From a virus (taxonomy: Duplodnaviria; Caudoviricetes), in the IMG/VR virus record IMGVR_UViG_3300033073_001493, positions 4,927-68,926 of that record: DNA of 64,000 bases; one strand, given 5' to 3'. The notes under the pieces were generated by a model that was not told the origin of the DNA, ran no database searches, and saw only the letters and a list, made by a program, of their open reading frames with translations. Position 1 is the first letter of the stretch. The number at the start of each line of letters is the position of its first letter. Positions 45,729-55,845 of the stretch are shown one piece after another. Position numbers and translations under genes: made by a program.

Positions 45729-47303
45729 TCAGGTGGCGGGGCTTGCCTCTTTGACGAGCAGCCCGAACTGGTGCAGCAGCACGGCCGAGTAGATGGGGAG
45801 CGAGATGTTCATGCGGCTCGGCACCACCGGGTCTTGCCCCACCTGGATCGACGCGATGAGGTCTGCGACCTTGCCCGGGTCGAGCCAGCCCGCGTCGCGG
45901 TAGTCGAACACCAGCGTCTCGACGATCGCCTTCACGCGCTTAGGCGTCGCGAAGTCGGCTGGCGGCTCCTTGCCGCCTTCGGGCGGGTCGGTGGTGACCT
46001 TCGTCCACGGCGCCGCGGCGAGCTTGGCCACGAGGTCGTCGACGAACTTGTCACCGACGGCGACCACGATGCTGTCGCGGGCGCGGTAGTCGTAGTTGCT
46101 GCCGTTCTTGCAGTAGGTCGTGACCGACCGCGCGATGTAGCAGTTGTCCGTCTCGCTCACCGCAACGGGCGTGACGCCGTTGTTGAGCATCGACTTCAGC
46201 TCGGTGCTGGTGGGCACCGCGCTGTCGTTGTAGGCGCGCTTGACCGGGAAGGTCTGCCCGTCCTTCGTGCCGAAGAAGTCGAAGTTGTATGACGGGTCGC
46301 TGAGCTCATACTTCATCAGCACAGCGGCGGCCTTGGCGGCGAGCACGTAGTGCTCCTCGGGCGCCTCTTCCTGGTTGATGACCCGGCAGCGAGCCCGGTT
46401 GCACACGCTCGACGCCAGCGTGTTCGCATTGCTCGGGGTGAGCGCCGCGCCCACGATGACCTTCTGCCGAAAGCCCGTCGACGGCTCGGCCTGCGTGCTC
46501 ACCTGGTCGAGCAGCGCGTCGACCGGCACCGAGGTGCCAGGCGTCGCCGCCCACGGGGTCGAGCCGTCGTGCGCGCACATGTAGTGCGGCACGATGTAGT
46601 GGAACTTCTTGGCGAGGATGGTGGCCAGCGCGGACGTGTAGCTGATGGTGCCGATGCCCGCCGTCGCTCCACCGACACCGGAGGTGCCAAATGGGATATC
46701 CGACGTGGGCGAGATGGTCGTCGTGATGCCGCTCGTGATCTCCGCACGGATGCGCATCGTGTTCAGCTCTTCACCGGCGATGCGCGCGGTGATGGTCACG
46801 ACGCCGAGGGCGGCCGACGCGGTGACCGGCAGCCAGGTCATGTTGTTGATGGCCTGCGCCAGGTTCGTGGCCATCGTCGCGATGGCGTCGCCGTTGGCGA
46901 TGGCGATGCTGATCTTCTCACCGCACAGGTACACCGACGCGACGCCCGCGCCGGTGGCGGCGTTCACGAAGGTGACCTTCTCGACCGCGGCCGTGCCCGT
47001 CGCCGCCGTGGGGCAGATGACGTAGAGCTCGGCGGTCTTGTTGACGGCGAGGAACGCGCGCACCATGCGGTGGGCCGGGGAGCCGGTGCCGCAGTAGGTG
47101 ATGGCGTCGGCCTCGTCGCTGATGGGGCCCACCACCTGCGTGTCGACGGTGATCGACCCGGCCGAGGTCTTCGGCGCGATGATGAGACAGCGCTTCGGGC
47201 TCGTGTCGCCGCCAGCGCTGCCCTGGGCAAAGCGGATCTCTGCGTAGATGCCCGGCAGAGGGTTCGACGAGTCGATGCCCGTCAGCGAAAGTGCAAGCGA
47301 CAT
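45729..47303 (-). CDS. Contractile tail sheath protein (Mu gpL-like)
   Basis: PLPGIYAEIRF, CGTGSPAHRMVRAF, LNNGVTP, RSVTTY...D. Confidence 0.9.
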   Translation of the reverse strand: MSLALSLTGIDSSNPLPGIYAEIRFAQGSAGGDTSPKRCLIIAPKTSAGSITVDTQVVGPISDEADAITYCGTGSPAHRMVRAFLAVNKTAELYVICPTAATGTAAVEKVTFVNAATGAGVASVYLCGEKISIAIANGDAIATMATNLAQAINNMTWLPVTASAALGVVTITARIAGEELNTMRIRAEITSGITTTISPTSDIPFGTSGVGGATAGIGTISYTSALATILAKKFHYIVPHYMCAHDGSTPWAATPGTSVPVDALLDQVSTQAEPSTGFRQKVIVGAALTPSNANTLASSVCNRARCRVINQEEAPEEHYVLAAKAAAVLMKYELSDPSYNFDFFGTKDGQTFPVKRAYNDSAVPTSTELKSMLNNGVTPVAVSETDNCYIARSVTTYCKNGSNYDYRARDSIVVAVGDKFVDDLVAKLAAAPWTKVTTDPPEGGKEPPADFATPKRVKAIVETLVFDYRDAGWLDPGKVADLIASIQVGQDPVVPSRMNISLPIYSAVLLHQFGLLVKEASPAT

Positions 47304-47359
47304 TGCGTGTCTCCTGACAGCAAAGGAAGGAAGCTAAGGGGGTAAGGAAGGCGGAAAGG

Positions 47360-47662
47360 TCAGCCGTCGGCAGGCGACGCGGGCGGCGGCTTGAACGCCA
47401 CGCCGAGCGCGTCTGCGGTCTCGCGGTCTGCGCAGAGCAGCTCGCCCGTGCGCACCGCCTTGGCAAAGAAGCCGCGCACATGCGGCATCAGCCGCCTCGA
47501 CACGACGATGCGTCCTCGCTCTCGATCGATCACGTCGGCTTCCTGCTCGGTGTCGTAGCGCTTGCCGATGACGTAGCGCACGCCCTGCTCGAGCCGGATG
47601 GGGTCGACGACGTTGGTGTTGTCGACAGCGAGGAAGTTCAGAACGAAGTCACGCTGTTTCAT
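47360..47662 (-). CDS. Small hypothetical protein
   Basis: ATGA overlap with the upstream gene. Confidence 0.55.
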   Translation of the reverse strand: MKQRDFVLNFLAVDNTNVVDPIRLEQGVRYVIGKRYDTEQEADVIDRERGRIVVSRRLMPHVRGFFAKAVRTGELLCADRETADALGVAFKPPPASPADG

Positions 47663-48432
47663 GTGGAAGCCTGCACGCGCGCCTCGATGAAGGGATCGAT
47701 CTGCGCGTCGGGGTTGTCGCCGCTGGTCGTGGTGAGGTCGTATCGCCACAGCGGGCGTGCGGTGCTCGCGTCCCAGCGGTCGTGCAGGCGCACGCGCATC
47801 TCTGCCTGCATGGCGAGGTGCGGCTTGAAGCTGTCATCGCCAGCGACCGGGCCAATCTCCCAGCCCTCGAACGACACCTCGGTGGTGTTCGCCTCGTCCC
47901 ACACGCGCCGGCCCGACTGGTAGGTGTCGAGGCCACCCTCCTCGGTGCACAGGTGCAGCAGGTGGGCGACGGCGTGCAGCAGCGGGTAGATGCGCTTGCC
48001 CTGCTCCCACGTCAGCGCGGGCAGCAGGTACACCACGCGGTAGGTGGTGTCGGCGCGCTCTCGCGCCAGCGTCATCTCGGCCGCCTTGCCGCGCACCGGG
48101 AAGATGGCGAGCAACGGCAGCCTGAGCGACTGCGCGCCGAGGTACGGCCCCGGGTCACAGTAGGCCGTCTCGACGCACGCCTTGTTGCTGTCGACGAGCG
48201 CCTGGCCCGCCATCGCTCGCTGGTAGGCGAGGCCGAGGCGTTCGTTGATGGCGTGCGCGAAGAACGGCAGCGCCTCGTTCGCCCACGGGTCGCAGCGCGA
48301 CAGCAGGTTCGCGCCGATCGCGGGGGGCTCGGGGGCGAGCTTGATGCCGCCGTGGATGAGCTTGCGCGTCGGCTCTGGCGTCGCCGGGTCTTGGAGCCCG
48401 AACGTCGCGCTGGCTGATGCGGGGTAGACCAC
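47659..48432 (-). CDS. Putative tail terminator/completion protein
   Basis: Position before the sheath gene; RLPLLAIFP. Confidence 0.5.
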   Translation of the reverse strand: MVYPASASATFGLQDPATPEPTRKLIHGGIKLAPEPPAIGANLLSRCDPWANEALPFFAHAINERLGLAYQRAMAGQALVDSNKACVETAYCDPGPYLGAQSLRLPLLAIFPVRGKAAEMTLARERADTTYRVVYLLPALTWEQGKRIYPLLHAVAHLLHLCTEEGGLDTYQSGRRVWDEANTTEVSFEGWEIGPVAGDDSFKPHLAMQAEMRVRLHDRWDASTARPLWRYDLTTTSGDNPDAQIDPFIEARVQAST

Positions 48433-48435
48433 GGG

Positions 48436-48873
48436 TCAGCCGAGCCAGAAGATGCCGCTGTCGGGCCACGTCACCGCGAGGTTGCCGCCGTCGGTCACGT
48501 AGTCGGGGATGTCGCAATAGGCGACGAGCAAGCTGGTCGCGTCAGAGCCGCCCGTCTCGACGACCAGCACCACGGCAGCGGCGGTGCCGGCGCTGATGCT
48601 GGTCCAGGTGAGGTCGGCAGCGTCGAACACGGCGCGGCTTTCCACGCTGTCGACGGTCACTGTCTTACTCGCCAGCGTCTTTCGGCCGCTGCCGCCGTAA
48701 CCGCCCGCGTAGCCGGTGCCAGACAGCTCGTAGCCAGAGGCAGACGAGACGTAGACGTGGCTCGCGTCGGCCGTGTAGCCGGTGCCGACGAGCATCGCCT
48801 TGATGGTCGACCCCGACGTGATGGTGCCGTCGAGAAACGCCTTCTTTGCGTTGTCGTAGATGAGCGATGCCAT
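48436..48873 (-). CDS. Putative virion protein
   Basis: TIKAMLV...Y, ELSGTGY..G, VFDAADLTW, LLVAY. Confidence 0.6.
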   Translation of the reverse strand: MASLIYDNAKKAFLDGTITSGSTIKAMLVGTGYTADASHVYVSSASGYELSGTGYAGGYGGSGRKTLASKTVTVDSVESRAVFDAADLTWTSISAGTAAAVVLVVETGGSDATSLLVAYCDIPDYVTDGGNLAVTWPDSGIFWLG

Positions 48874-49319
48874 CAGAGGGAGGAGACCGCGCCGGTCACC
48901 TGCTGGGTGAGCGCGGCGTGCAGCTCGGCTGGCAGCAGCCCGGCCTCGGTCTCGGCGATGTTCCGAGCCTTGGTGCCTGGGTGACGCACGCTGCGAGCAA
49001 AGATGGTGCGCCCGTCGATGGTGAAGCGCAGCGCACGCGCGCGCCTCGCCACGATGGGGTGAGGCTTGGTGCCACGGTCCATGAACGCGGCGACGGGGGA
49101 GCGCGACACGATGGCGCCCTGCCACTCGCCAGAGCGCTCGATCGAGAAGCTCTTGGCGGTCTTGCCCGTGCGGTTCTTGAAGTACGCGCCGCCCGAGATG
49201 CGAGACAGCGACGCCTTCGACGCCGCTGCGATGGCGTCCCAGCCGGCGATGCGCAGTGACGAGCGAAGACGCGCGAAGGCGTCATTCACCGCGTCAACAT
49301 CGAGCTCGATGGCGAACAT
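48873..49319 (-). CDS. HK97 gp10-like neck/morphogenesis protein
   Basis: FMDRGTKPHPI.A..ARALRF.....FARSVRHPGTK. Confidence 0.75.
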   Translation of the reverse strand: MFAIELDVDAVNDAFARLRSSLRIAGWDAIAAASKASLSRISGGAYFKNRTGKTAKSFSIERSGEWQGAIVSRSPVAAFMDRGTKPHPIVARRARALRFTIDGRTIFARSVRHPGTKARNIAETEAGLLPAELHAALTQQVTGAVSSL

Positions 49320-49789
49320 CAGAACTGGCCGAAGCCGTCCTTGAAGACGCCCTCGCCGATGGCCGTCTCGTTGTCGTGCGTGCCGGTGTAGGCACCGGCG
49401 CTCTTCACGTTGGCGGGCCGCGCGGGCGCGTCGTCGATGTCGAGCCGGAAGCTGCCACGACCGATGTCTTCGAGCAGCTTGACCGCTCGCTTGTAGCGCG
49501 TCTCCCACGGCGTCTCACCGCGATCGTTCAGGAACGACGGGCGACGCAGGTAGGCGAGCTGGATGGCCACGTCGACAGCGATGCGGCGCACGGTCGCCGG
49601 GGGCGACGCCTGCACCGCAGACACCGTGTAGAGGCGCGTCAGGTAGCCGTTCACCTCAGCGTCAGCGTCGGCCTGGAGAGCGGCCAGCGCCGTCGCGTCG
49701 GCGGTGCCGTCGTTGTCGTCGTCGAGCAGGCGCAGCACGATGTCGGCGCCGACGGCGTTCTCGAGGTCGGTCTGCGTGAAGTAGGCCAT
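49319..49789 (-). CDS. Head-tail adaptor (Mu gp36/DUF1320-like)
   Basis: MAYFTQTDL, ADAEVNGYL..LY, RIAVDVA, RYKRAVKLLEDIGRG. Confidence 0.85.
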   Translation of the reverse strand: MAYFTQTDLENAVGADIVLRLLDDDNDGTADATALAALQADADAEVNGYLTRLYTVSAVQASPPATVRRIAVDVAIQLAYLRRPSFLNDRGETPWETRYKRAVKLLEDIGRGSFRLDIDDAPARPANVKSAGAYTGTHDNETAIGEGVFKDGFGQF

Positions 49790-49794
49790 TGCGG

Positions 49795-50136
49795 TCAGTC
49801 GCCCGCGACGACGCGCACGAGCTTGACGACCCCGTGGGCCACCAGCTCGAGCGCCTCCTCACGAGGCAGCGAGACGATGCTGTCGGTCTCGTACACCTTG
49901 CCGCCACGGCGCAGCACACCGTGCGAGACGATGCACTTGACGGTGCCTGGCAGCCCCGCCATCGGCTCGTCGGCGCGGGCGGGTATCTCGGGCAGGGGCG
50001 CGGGCCCGATGGGCTGCGCGGGCTTCGTGGGCGCCTTGCCCGGCGAGTCCTCGGGCGCGCTCGTGGCGAGCGGCTCGGAGGCGTCGGGCTGGGCGGCGAG
50101 GATGGATGCGGCGGCGGCGTTGTTAGGTTTGGCCAT
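49795..50136 (-). CDS. Small head-associated protein
   Basis: Follows the major capsid gene; GKVYETDSIVSL..EEA..LV. Confidence 0.6.
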   Translation of the reverse strand: MAKPNNAAAASILAAQPDASEPLATSAPEDSPGKAPTKPAQPIGPAPLPEIPARADEPMAGLPGTVKCIVSHGVLRRGGKVYETDSIVSLPREEALELVAHGVVKLVRVVAGD

Positions 50137-50178
50137 GGTGGCTGTATGCCCGGCCGCTGTGCAGCCGGGCCACTAGCG

Positions 50179-51132
50179 TCACGAGATGGGCGAGACGATG
50201 AGGGCGCCCGCGTCGTTGACGCAGACCTTCTCATCGGTCGAGTGCGTGAGCTTCGCGAGGTAGGCGCCCATGAGGCCCGGCGCCTGCTCGATCCACGTCT
50301 GCATGTTCAGCCCGCCAAAGGCGAACGACGACGCGAAGTGCAGCGTGCGGGTCGAGGGCTGCCCCATCGAGACGCGCACGATGCCGAAGTACTTGCCCCA
50401 CACGCGGGTGGACGCCGAGGTCTGCCCGGGGTTCGTCGCGATCTGGCGAGCCTCGCCCACCACGAACTCGTCGACTTCGATCAGCTCGGCGAACTTCTGC
50501 TTGCTGACGATGGCCGCGTCGGAGGTGGTCGCGCCGCCCTTCACGAGGTCGAGGATCTGCGGGTGGCGCTTGAGCTTCAGCCACACGTCGATGCCGCAGA
50601 ACGCCACCAGCTTGGTGCGCGGTCCGGGCCACACGCTGGCGCGCGCCGTGTCGATGACGGCGAGCGGGTCACCGCCACCGGACGAGTCCCACCGGTCAGA
50701 GCCGGTGAGCGTCTGCACGTTGCCCGAGTCGTAGCTGCCCGAGGTGGTGAGCAGCGTCGCGATGCGCACCTCCTGAGCGAGGCGCAGGCGAGCGGCAAGG
50801 TCGGCCGCCATGTCCTGGCGCAGCGAGAGCGGCGGGTCGGCGTTCGCCTCGCTGTCGAGGGCGAGCTTGCCCATGAAGCCGTAGTCCTCGCACACGAACG
50901 AGTCGGTCGAGACCTCTTGCTCGATCTCGGGCGGCACCTGGAGGTGGCCGATCTTGGGGTTCTGGTAGCGGACGCTGTTCTCTTTGGCACGCTTGAAGAA
51001 CTTGTCGCTCTTCTTCTCGACCATCACCTCGGGGCAGAGGGAGAGGCCGATGAGCTCGTGGTTGGAGTACTCGGTCGCGAAGTTGGCAAGCGGCCGGTCG
51101 AAGTGAAGCTGGGAGCCGACGAAGGAAGGCAT
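50179..51132 (-). CDS. Major capsid protein (HK97 fold)
   Basis: 317 aa; DRPLANFATEYSN, RLRLAQEVRIA, DRWD....DP; position after protease and decoration genes. Confidence 0.85.
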   Translation of the reverse strand: MPSFVGSQLHFDRPLANFATEYSNHELIGLSLCPEVMVEKKSDKFFKRAKENSVRYQNPKIGHLQVPPEIEQEVSTDSFVCEDYGFMGKLALDSEANADPPLSLRQDMAADLAARLRLAQEVRIATLLTTSGSYDSGNVQTLTGSDRWDSSGGGDPLAVIDTARASVWPGPRTKLVAFCGIDVWLKLKRHPQILDLVKGGATTSDAAIVSKQKFAELIEVDEFVVGEARQIATNPGQTSASTRVWGKYFGIVRVSMGQPSTRTLHFASSFAFGGLNMQTWIEQAPGLMGAYLAKLTHSTDEKVCVNDAGALIVSPIS

Positions 51133-51215
51133 GGCTGGTCCCCTGTGAGCAGAAGCTAAGGAAGGGTGTTCGGCGTCGCCGCGGCCATTGCTGACAGCGG
51201 CGACGCGAGGCGTTG

Positions 51216-51617
51216 TCAGATGAGCACCGGCACGAGGTCGCCGTCGGTGGCCGACGAGACGAGGAAGCGGCCGATCACGGTGCGCCCGTCTGGCGTCGCG
51301 CCGGTGTCGGTCACCTTGCCGGTGGTGGCGACGGCGACGGCGAGCTTGCCGCGGGTGACGGTGCCGTTGCCGATCATGGGCACCACGGCGTGGCCGAGCA
51401 GACGCACCTTGCAGCGCTTGGTGGCGCCAGCGTCGCCCGAAACGATGTTTTCCATCGCGACGGCGAAGGCGAGGTTCACGTCGGCGGTGCCGGTGATGGT
51501 GTCGTCGTCGGCGCCGAAGCAGACGAGCTGCCCCTTGGTGATGGCGACCGACGAGGTGGTGGCGAAGTCGGCGTAAAGGCCGTTGCCGGACTCGGTGTAG
51601 TTGGGAAGGAAGGCCAT
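51216..51617 (-). CDS. Capsid cement/decoration protein (DUF2190-like)
   Basis: AITKGQLV, GNGTVTRG..AV..TGKV, VIGRFL..SATDGDLVPVL. Confidence 0.7.
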   Translation of the reverse strand: MAFLPNYTESGNGLYADFATTSSVAITKGQLVCFGADDDTITGTADVNLAFAVAMENIVSGDAGATKRCKVRLLGHAVVPMIGNGTVTRGKLAVAVATTGKVTDTGATPDGRTVIGRFLVSSATDGDLVPVLI

Positions 51618-51686
51618 GTGCGAAGGCTCCGGTAAGCGAAGGAAGTGGGGAGGCCGCCGCCATTGCTGACAGCGGCCAAGCGTGGG

Positions 51687-52793
51687 TCAGGCCGGGCAGA
51701 GCTCGGGGTGGGCGAGCATCACATTGCGCATGGCAACGAAGCGGCTCTCGCCGGTCTGCTTGATGCGCTCGTGCACGAGCTGCTTGATCTTCTGGGCGTT
51801 CGCGTCCTCGACCGCATCGGTCGCGCGGACCTCGCCGGCCTTGTCGGGGATCACCTGCACGCCGGGCGCGGTGCCGATGTCGGGCAGCGTCGAGACGATG
51901 GCGTCGAACGAGCGCTCGTTCTCTTGCGCCAGCGAGAGGAAGGTCTCGCGCTGGGCGGGCGTGATCTTCTTGCCCACCAGGTCGTCGACCTTGCGGGCGA
52001 GGCGCTCGCCGTCGAGCTGCTTGATGCGCTGCTCGGCAGCGGCGGCGCGCTCTTCGGCCTTCGCCGCGCGCTCGTCGGCAGCGGCCACGGCGGCCTGCTT
52101 CTGCTCGATGGTCGATTGCAGCGCGCGCACCACGGCGTCGTGCTCGGTGCGGCTCACGCTGTCGACGGTGGTCTGCACGGCGGGCGCAGGGGCGGGGGCA
52201 GCGTCGCGCTTGTCGGTGGTGGCTGCGTCGGCGGCGGCCGGCTCGGTGACCTGCTCGCCCTTCTTGTTTGGATTGGCCATGAGGCTCCTCTTGAGGATCT
52301 CGACTTGCTCTCGTGCGAGCGCGTCGGGGTTTGAAGGTTGCGAGCAGATGCTCACTTCGTAGAGCTCGGGGTTCTCGAGCACGACGACCTCGCGGCCATC
52401 GCGGTCTTCGTAGGCGGCGCGGCCTGGGCGAAAGCCGACGCTCATGCCGCGCAGCACGCCTTGCTTGACGAGCGACCAGCAGCGCTCGGCCATCTCGTCG
52501 CCGGTCGCGAACTTCACGCGGGCGAGCAGCGTGGGGCCGGCCTCGCCGGTCGCGACGTTCACCTCGGCCGTGCCGATGGGGCAGCGCGCGTCGTGGTTGA
52601 AGAGCACGACGGGGTTGGCGCTGAAGCGGTCGAGGCGCCAGTCCTGCTTCACCACCGTGCCGTGGGCGTCGATGGTCTCGGTCGACGCGACGAACTCGCA
52701 GGTGCGAGCCGCCTCGTCGAGCGAGCCTGCGCGCATCGCCTGCGAGCCAAAGATGTCGCGGGTGAAAACGTCGTTCTGTGCGGTCATCGTCAC
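51687..52793 (-). CDS. Prohead protease fused to scaffold
   Basis: FVASTETIDAHG, NPVVLFNHD (His), GMSVGF (Ser), LYEVSICSQPSNPDAL; C-terminal coiled coil. Confidence 0.9.
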   Translation of the reverse strand: MTMTAQNDVFTRDIFGSQAMRAGSLDEAARTCEFVASTETIDAHGTVVKQDWRLDRFSANPVVLFNHDARCPIGTAEVNVATGEAGPTLLARVKFATGDEMAERCWSLVKQGVLRGMSVGFRPGRAAYEDRDGREVVVLENPELYEVSICSQPSNPDALAREQVEILKRSLMANPNKKGEQVTEPAAADAATTDKRDAAPAPAPAVQTTVDSVSRTEHDAVVRALQSTIEQKQAAVAAADERAAKAEERAAAAEQRIKQLDGERLARKVDDLVGKKITPAQRETFLSLAQENERSFDAIVSTLPDIGTAPGVQVIPDKAGEVRATDAVEDANAQKIKQLVHERIKQTGESRFVAMRNVMLAHPELCPA

Positions 52794-53509
52794 ACCGGGA
52801 TCGGTACGGGCCAGTAGCCAGCGATGCAGCGGCAGCGCGGGTGCAGCGGAGGCGACTCGATGCCGCCCGAGAAGGTCATGCCGAGAGGGCGCAGCGCGCC
52901 GTCATGCTGTGCGCATGGGGAGCACGTCCGCTTGTCGAGCCAGGCGTCCCACTCGACGGCGATCACAATCAGCGTGCCGTCTCGCTGGGCGGTGCGCTGC
53001 GTGCGGCCAAAGCCGCCCAGCGCAAGGTCAGTCTCGAGCGCCCGGCGCTGCTGCCCGTAGGCACGCCACGCCTCGGTCTGCACGATGCGTTCGAACTGGT
53101 AGCTCTGCGCAGCAAGGTCGACGTGGGGCTCGTCGGATACGTCGAGCAGCGCGTCGATGCGGTCGGCCATCTCTTCCGACAGCCGCGTGATGGCGCTCTC
53201 GTCGACGGCGATGCGGCGCGCCTTGCGGGCGAGCCTGAGCGCCTCGTCGTCGATGGGCGCAAGCTCTTGCTCTGCGTGCTCGGCGGCGGCTGATGCCATC
53301 TGCCTCGCCGCCGCGAGCGTCACGTCTCTGGTGAGGATGGCGAGCTGCCGCTCGTGCGGCGCCAGCCAGCCGTCCCGCTGCACCGTCTCGACCAGGCGGC
53401 CGAGCTGCCTGCGCGCTTCGTCAAGGTGCAGTTCGTCGACCGCTGCGGCCATGCGCAGGCTGCGCTGGCGGGCGGCCCGCACGCGCTGCTGCACTTCGGA
53501 TAGCCGCAT
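52790..53509 (-). CDS. Head morphogenesis protein (Mu gpF/SPP1 gp7-like)
   Basis: RIVQTE, WDAWLDKRTCSPC..HDG, PPLHPRCRC. Confidence 0.85.
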   Translation of the reverse strand: MRLSEVQQRVRAARQRSLRMAAAVDELHLDEARRQLGRLVETVQRDGWLAPHERQLAILTRDVTLAAARQMASAAAEHAEQELAPIDDEALRLARKARRIAVDESAITRLSEEMADRIDALLDVSDEPHVDLAAQSYQFERIVQTEAWRAYGQQRRALETDLALGGFGRTQRTAQRDGTLIVIAVEWDAWLDKRTCSPCAQHDGALRPLGMTFSGGIESPPLHPRCRCIAGYWPVPIPV

Positions 53510-54930
53510 CAGTCTTCGCCGTCCGCCGGCTCCTCGGTGTCGCCTTCGGGCTCGTCGCCCTCGCCCTCGTCGCCCTCGCCCTCGTCGGGCATGGGCTCCG
53601 ACGCTGGCTCGTCGTCCTCTTCGGGCTCTTCGGCGATGGTGGCGCCGACGCCGCTGCCGAGCACCGGCTCATCGTCGACCGGGCGCGGTATGCCGGTCTG
53701 GTCGTGCACGTAGGCGACGGGCACCTGCACGCCCACCTCGGTCGCGACCTTGATCGTGTCGAGAAAGCCCTTCGTGTCGAGCGCGTCCTCGGTGTTGAAC
53801 GACAGCACCGGCACGGGCGTGCCCATGGGGAAGGGCCCGAGCATCACGATGGTGGCGAGCAGCCGACGAAGCGTCGCGCTCATCGCGCGGTCGTCCGCCT
53901 TCAGCAAGTCGCGGCGCACCCGCTCGCGCGCGTCGCCCTTGCCACCGAGGCCGTTCTGCACGTCGCCCGTCGTGCCGAGCTGCCCCAGCACCGCGAGGCT
54001 CATGTCCTGCCCTGCCGTGCTGATGATCTGCGGCGACGGCGTGGCCTGCGCTCCACCGGCAGCCTCGGGCCACCGGATATCGAGCGTCATCGAGTCGTAG
54101 ATGAGCAGCGCGGTCGACGACGTGGCGTCGTTGACGATCTGCCTCGCGGCCTCTTCGTCCTCGTCCTGCGCCTTCGTGCGGTCGAGCTGCACGATGCGCC
54201 ACGGCTTGCCGTACAGCTCACTGAACAGCATCCAGTCGCGCCAGGCCCAGTTGCGAAAGCAGGCGAGCCAGCACAGGATGCGGCCGAGACCTTCGCGCAC
54301 AGGGCTATCGCCCGTGACCCGGGGCTGATGCACCAGGAACTTGCGCGGATACTCGGTGAGAAAGTCGTCGCCGGGAAAGGGCTTCAGCCCGTCGTCGTAC
54401 CAGCGCAGCCGGCTCTCTTGGTCGAAGGCAAAACGGCGGCCCTGCTTCGGCTCGAGCGCGACGGGCACCACGCACTTGCCACGACGCTCGAAGATGACCT
54501 CGCAGACCGCATAGCCCTTGTAGAGCGCATCGGCGAGGTGAGAGACGGATGGCTCGAAGTTGGCGAGCGCCGCCACCACCTCGCGGCAGTAGGCTGCGGC
54601 CTCTTCGGCCAGCTCGCGCGTCTCCTCTTTGACCTCGGGCGCCTGGATGGTCCAGCCTGCGGCGAGCAGCGCGCTCTCGCGCGTCTGCAAGACGGAATGC
54701 AGGTGGCCGTCCTTCTGCCGAAGCTCGTTCAGCAGGTCGTGGTACTGCGCCGGCTGCCCCTGGTCGCAGAGCGACAGGATGCTGCTGATGCGCCTCGGCG
54801 TCAGCGACGAGCCGATGCGCGCGAGGTAGAGGTCGCGCGGCGGCGACGGGCCCATCATGGGCTCGGTCAGCCGCTTGCGCTCTGCCGCTTTCGGCGTGGC
54901 CCCGTTGGCCTTGTCGGCCTGCGAGGCCAT
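53509..54930 (-). CDS. Portal protein (Mu gp29/DUF935-like)
   Basis: KDGHLHSVLQTR, DALYKGYAVCE, WMLFSELYGKP, SLAVLGQ.GT. Confidence 0.9.
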   Translation of the reverse strand: MASQADKANGATPKAAERKRLTEPMMGPSPPRDLYLARIGSSLTPRRISSILSLCDQGQPAQYHDLLNELRQKDGHLHSVLQTRESALLAAGWTIQAPEVKEETRELAEEAAAYCREVVAALANFEPSVSHLADALYKGYAVCEVIFERRGKCVVPVALEPKQGRRFAFDQESRLRWYDDGLKPFPGDDFLTEYPRKFLVHQPRVTGDSPVREGLGRILCWLACFRNWAWRDWMLFSELYGKPWRIVQLDRTKAQDEDEEAARQIVNDATSSTALLIYDSMTLDIRWPEAAGGAQATPSPQIISTAGQDMSLAVLGQLGTTGDVQNGLGGKGDARERVRRDLLKADDRAMSATLRRLLATIVMLGPFPMGTPVPVLSFNTEDALDTKGFLDTIKVATEVGVQVPVAYVHDQTGIPRPVDDEPVLGSGVGATIAEEPEEDDEPASEPMPDEGEGDEGEGDEPEGDTEEPADGED

Positions 54931-54934
54931 CGTG

Positions 54935-55198
54935 TCAGTAGAGAGCGATGAGGTTGCCGGCCGACACGGTGGTGCCGGTGGACTTCACACGCTTGGCGGC
55001 AATGGGCAGCAGCGTGCCAGCGGGCACGCCGGTGATGGTCACCGACGAGCTGTCGTCGGCCGCGATGATGGCGACGTTGCCGCCGCCCGTGCCGACCCAC
55101 AGCGCCGTGGTCGTCGTGGTGAGGTCGGCGGCGTCGTCAGGCGTGACGACGGCGAGCTTCTTCGCAGAGAGCTTCAGCCGCTCTTGCGCCGCCGACAT
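54935..55198 (-). CDS. Head-spike base protein (RcGTA Rcc01079-like)
   Basis: VVTPDDAADL....ALWVGTGGGNVAI......VTITGVPAGTLLPIAAKRVKSTGTT. Confidence 0.7.
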   Translation of the reverse strand: MSAAQERLKLSAKKLAVVTPDDAADLTTTTTALWVGTGGGNVAIIAADDSSSVTITGVPAGTLLPIAAKRVKSTGTTVSAGNLIALY

Positions 55199-55845
55199 CA
55201 GGCACCCGCGTTCTTCAGGAGGTCGACCACGACGCAGACGTTGCCCGCGCCAGCGGTGAACGCCGAGGTGATGCGGTCGAAGCGCACCGTGTCGGTCGCC
55301 ACAAAGATCTTGCGCAGCTTAGCCAGCGAGTCGGCGCCAGCGCCCACGGTGCCGACGGCGGGGGAGCTCGCGGCGAGCAGTGTCGCGGCCACGTCGCCGG
55401 TGGCGCCACCGAGCAGATCCCCCTTGGTCGTAAAGGCGGTCTTGTTCGATGACACGCCGATGGCGCTCGACGAGCCACCGGTGAAGTTCGTCGACACCTC
55501 CCAATAGAGTTGCCGGATGAACATCTCCTGCCCGGCCTGGAGGGTGAGCAGCGCCGTGGCGTCGGCGGTCGCGTAGGTGATCGGCAGGCGCAGCGTCACC
55601 GTGCCGGGGCAGAGCAGCCACCGGCCAGAGCCCGAGTCGGGCGCGGCGACGAGCGCGTTGTCGTTCGTCAGCGACGACGACGAGTGAAAGCGCCAGAGCG
55701 AGTTGTCGGCCTCGACCAGCTTGACGAGACCTTCGTGGCGCTTCTTGGCGGGGATGGCCTTGAGCGCTGCCAGCGTGGCCACGCTCGAGATGCGGAACGC
55801 GATGTCTTGGGCGAGCGCGTCGCCGGTCTTCGGGGTGTACGCCAT
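55198..55845 (-). CDS. Putative virion decoration protein
   Basis: VATLAALKAIP...DN...APDSGSGRWL N-terminal module; beta-rich C-terminus. Confidence 0.55.
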   Translation of the reverse strand: MAYTPKTGDALAQDIAFRISSVATLAALKAIPAKKRHEGLVKLVEADNSLWRFHSSSSLTNDNALVAAPDSGSGRWLLCPGTVTLRLPITYATADATALLTLQAGQEMFIRQLYWEVSTNFTGGSSSAIGVSSNKTAFTTKGDLLGGATGDVAATLLAASSPAVGTVGAGADSLAKLRKIFVATDTVRFDRITSAFTAGAGNVCVVVDLLKNAGA

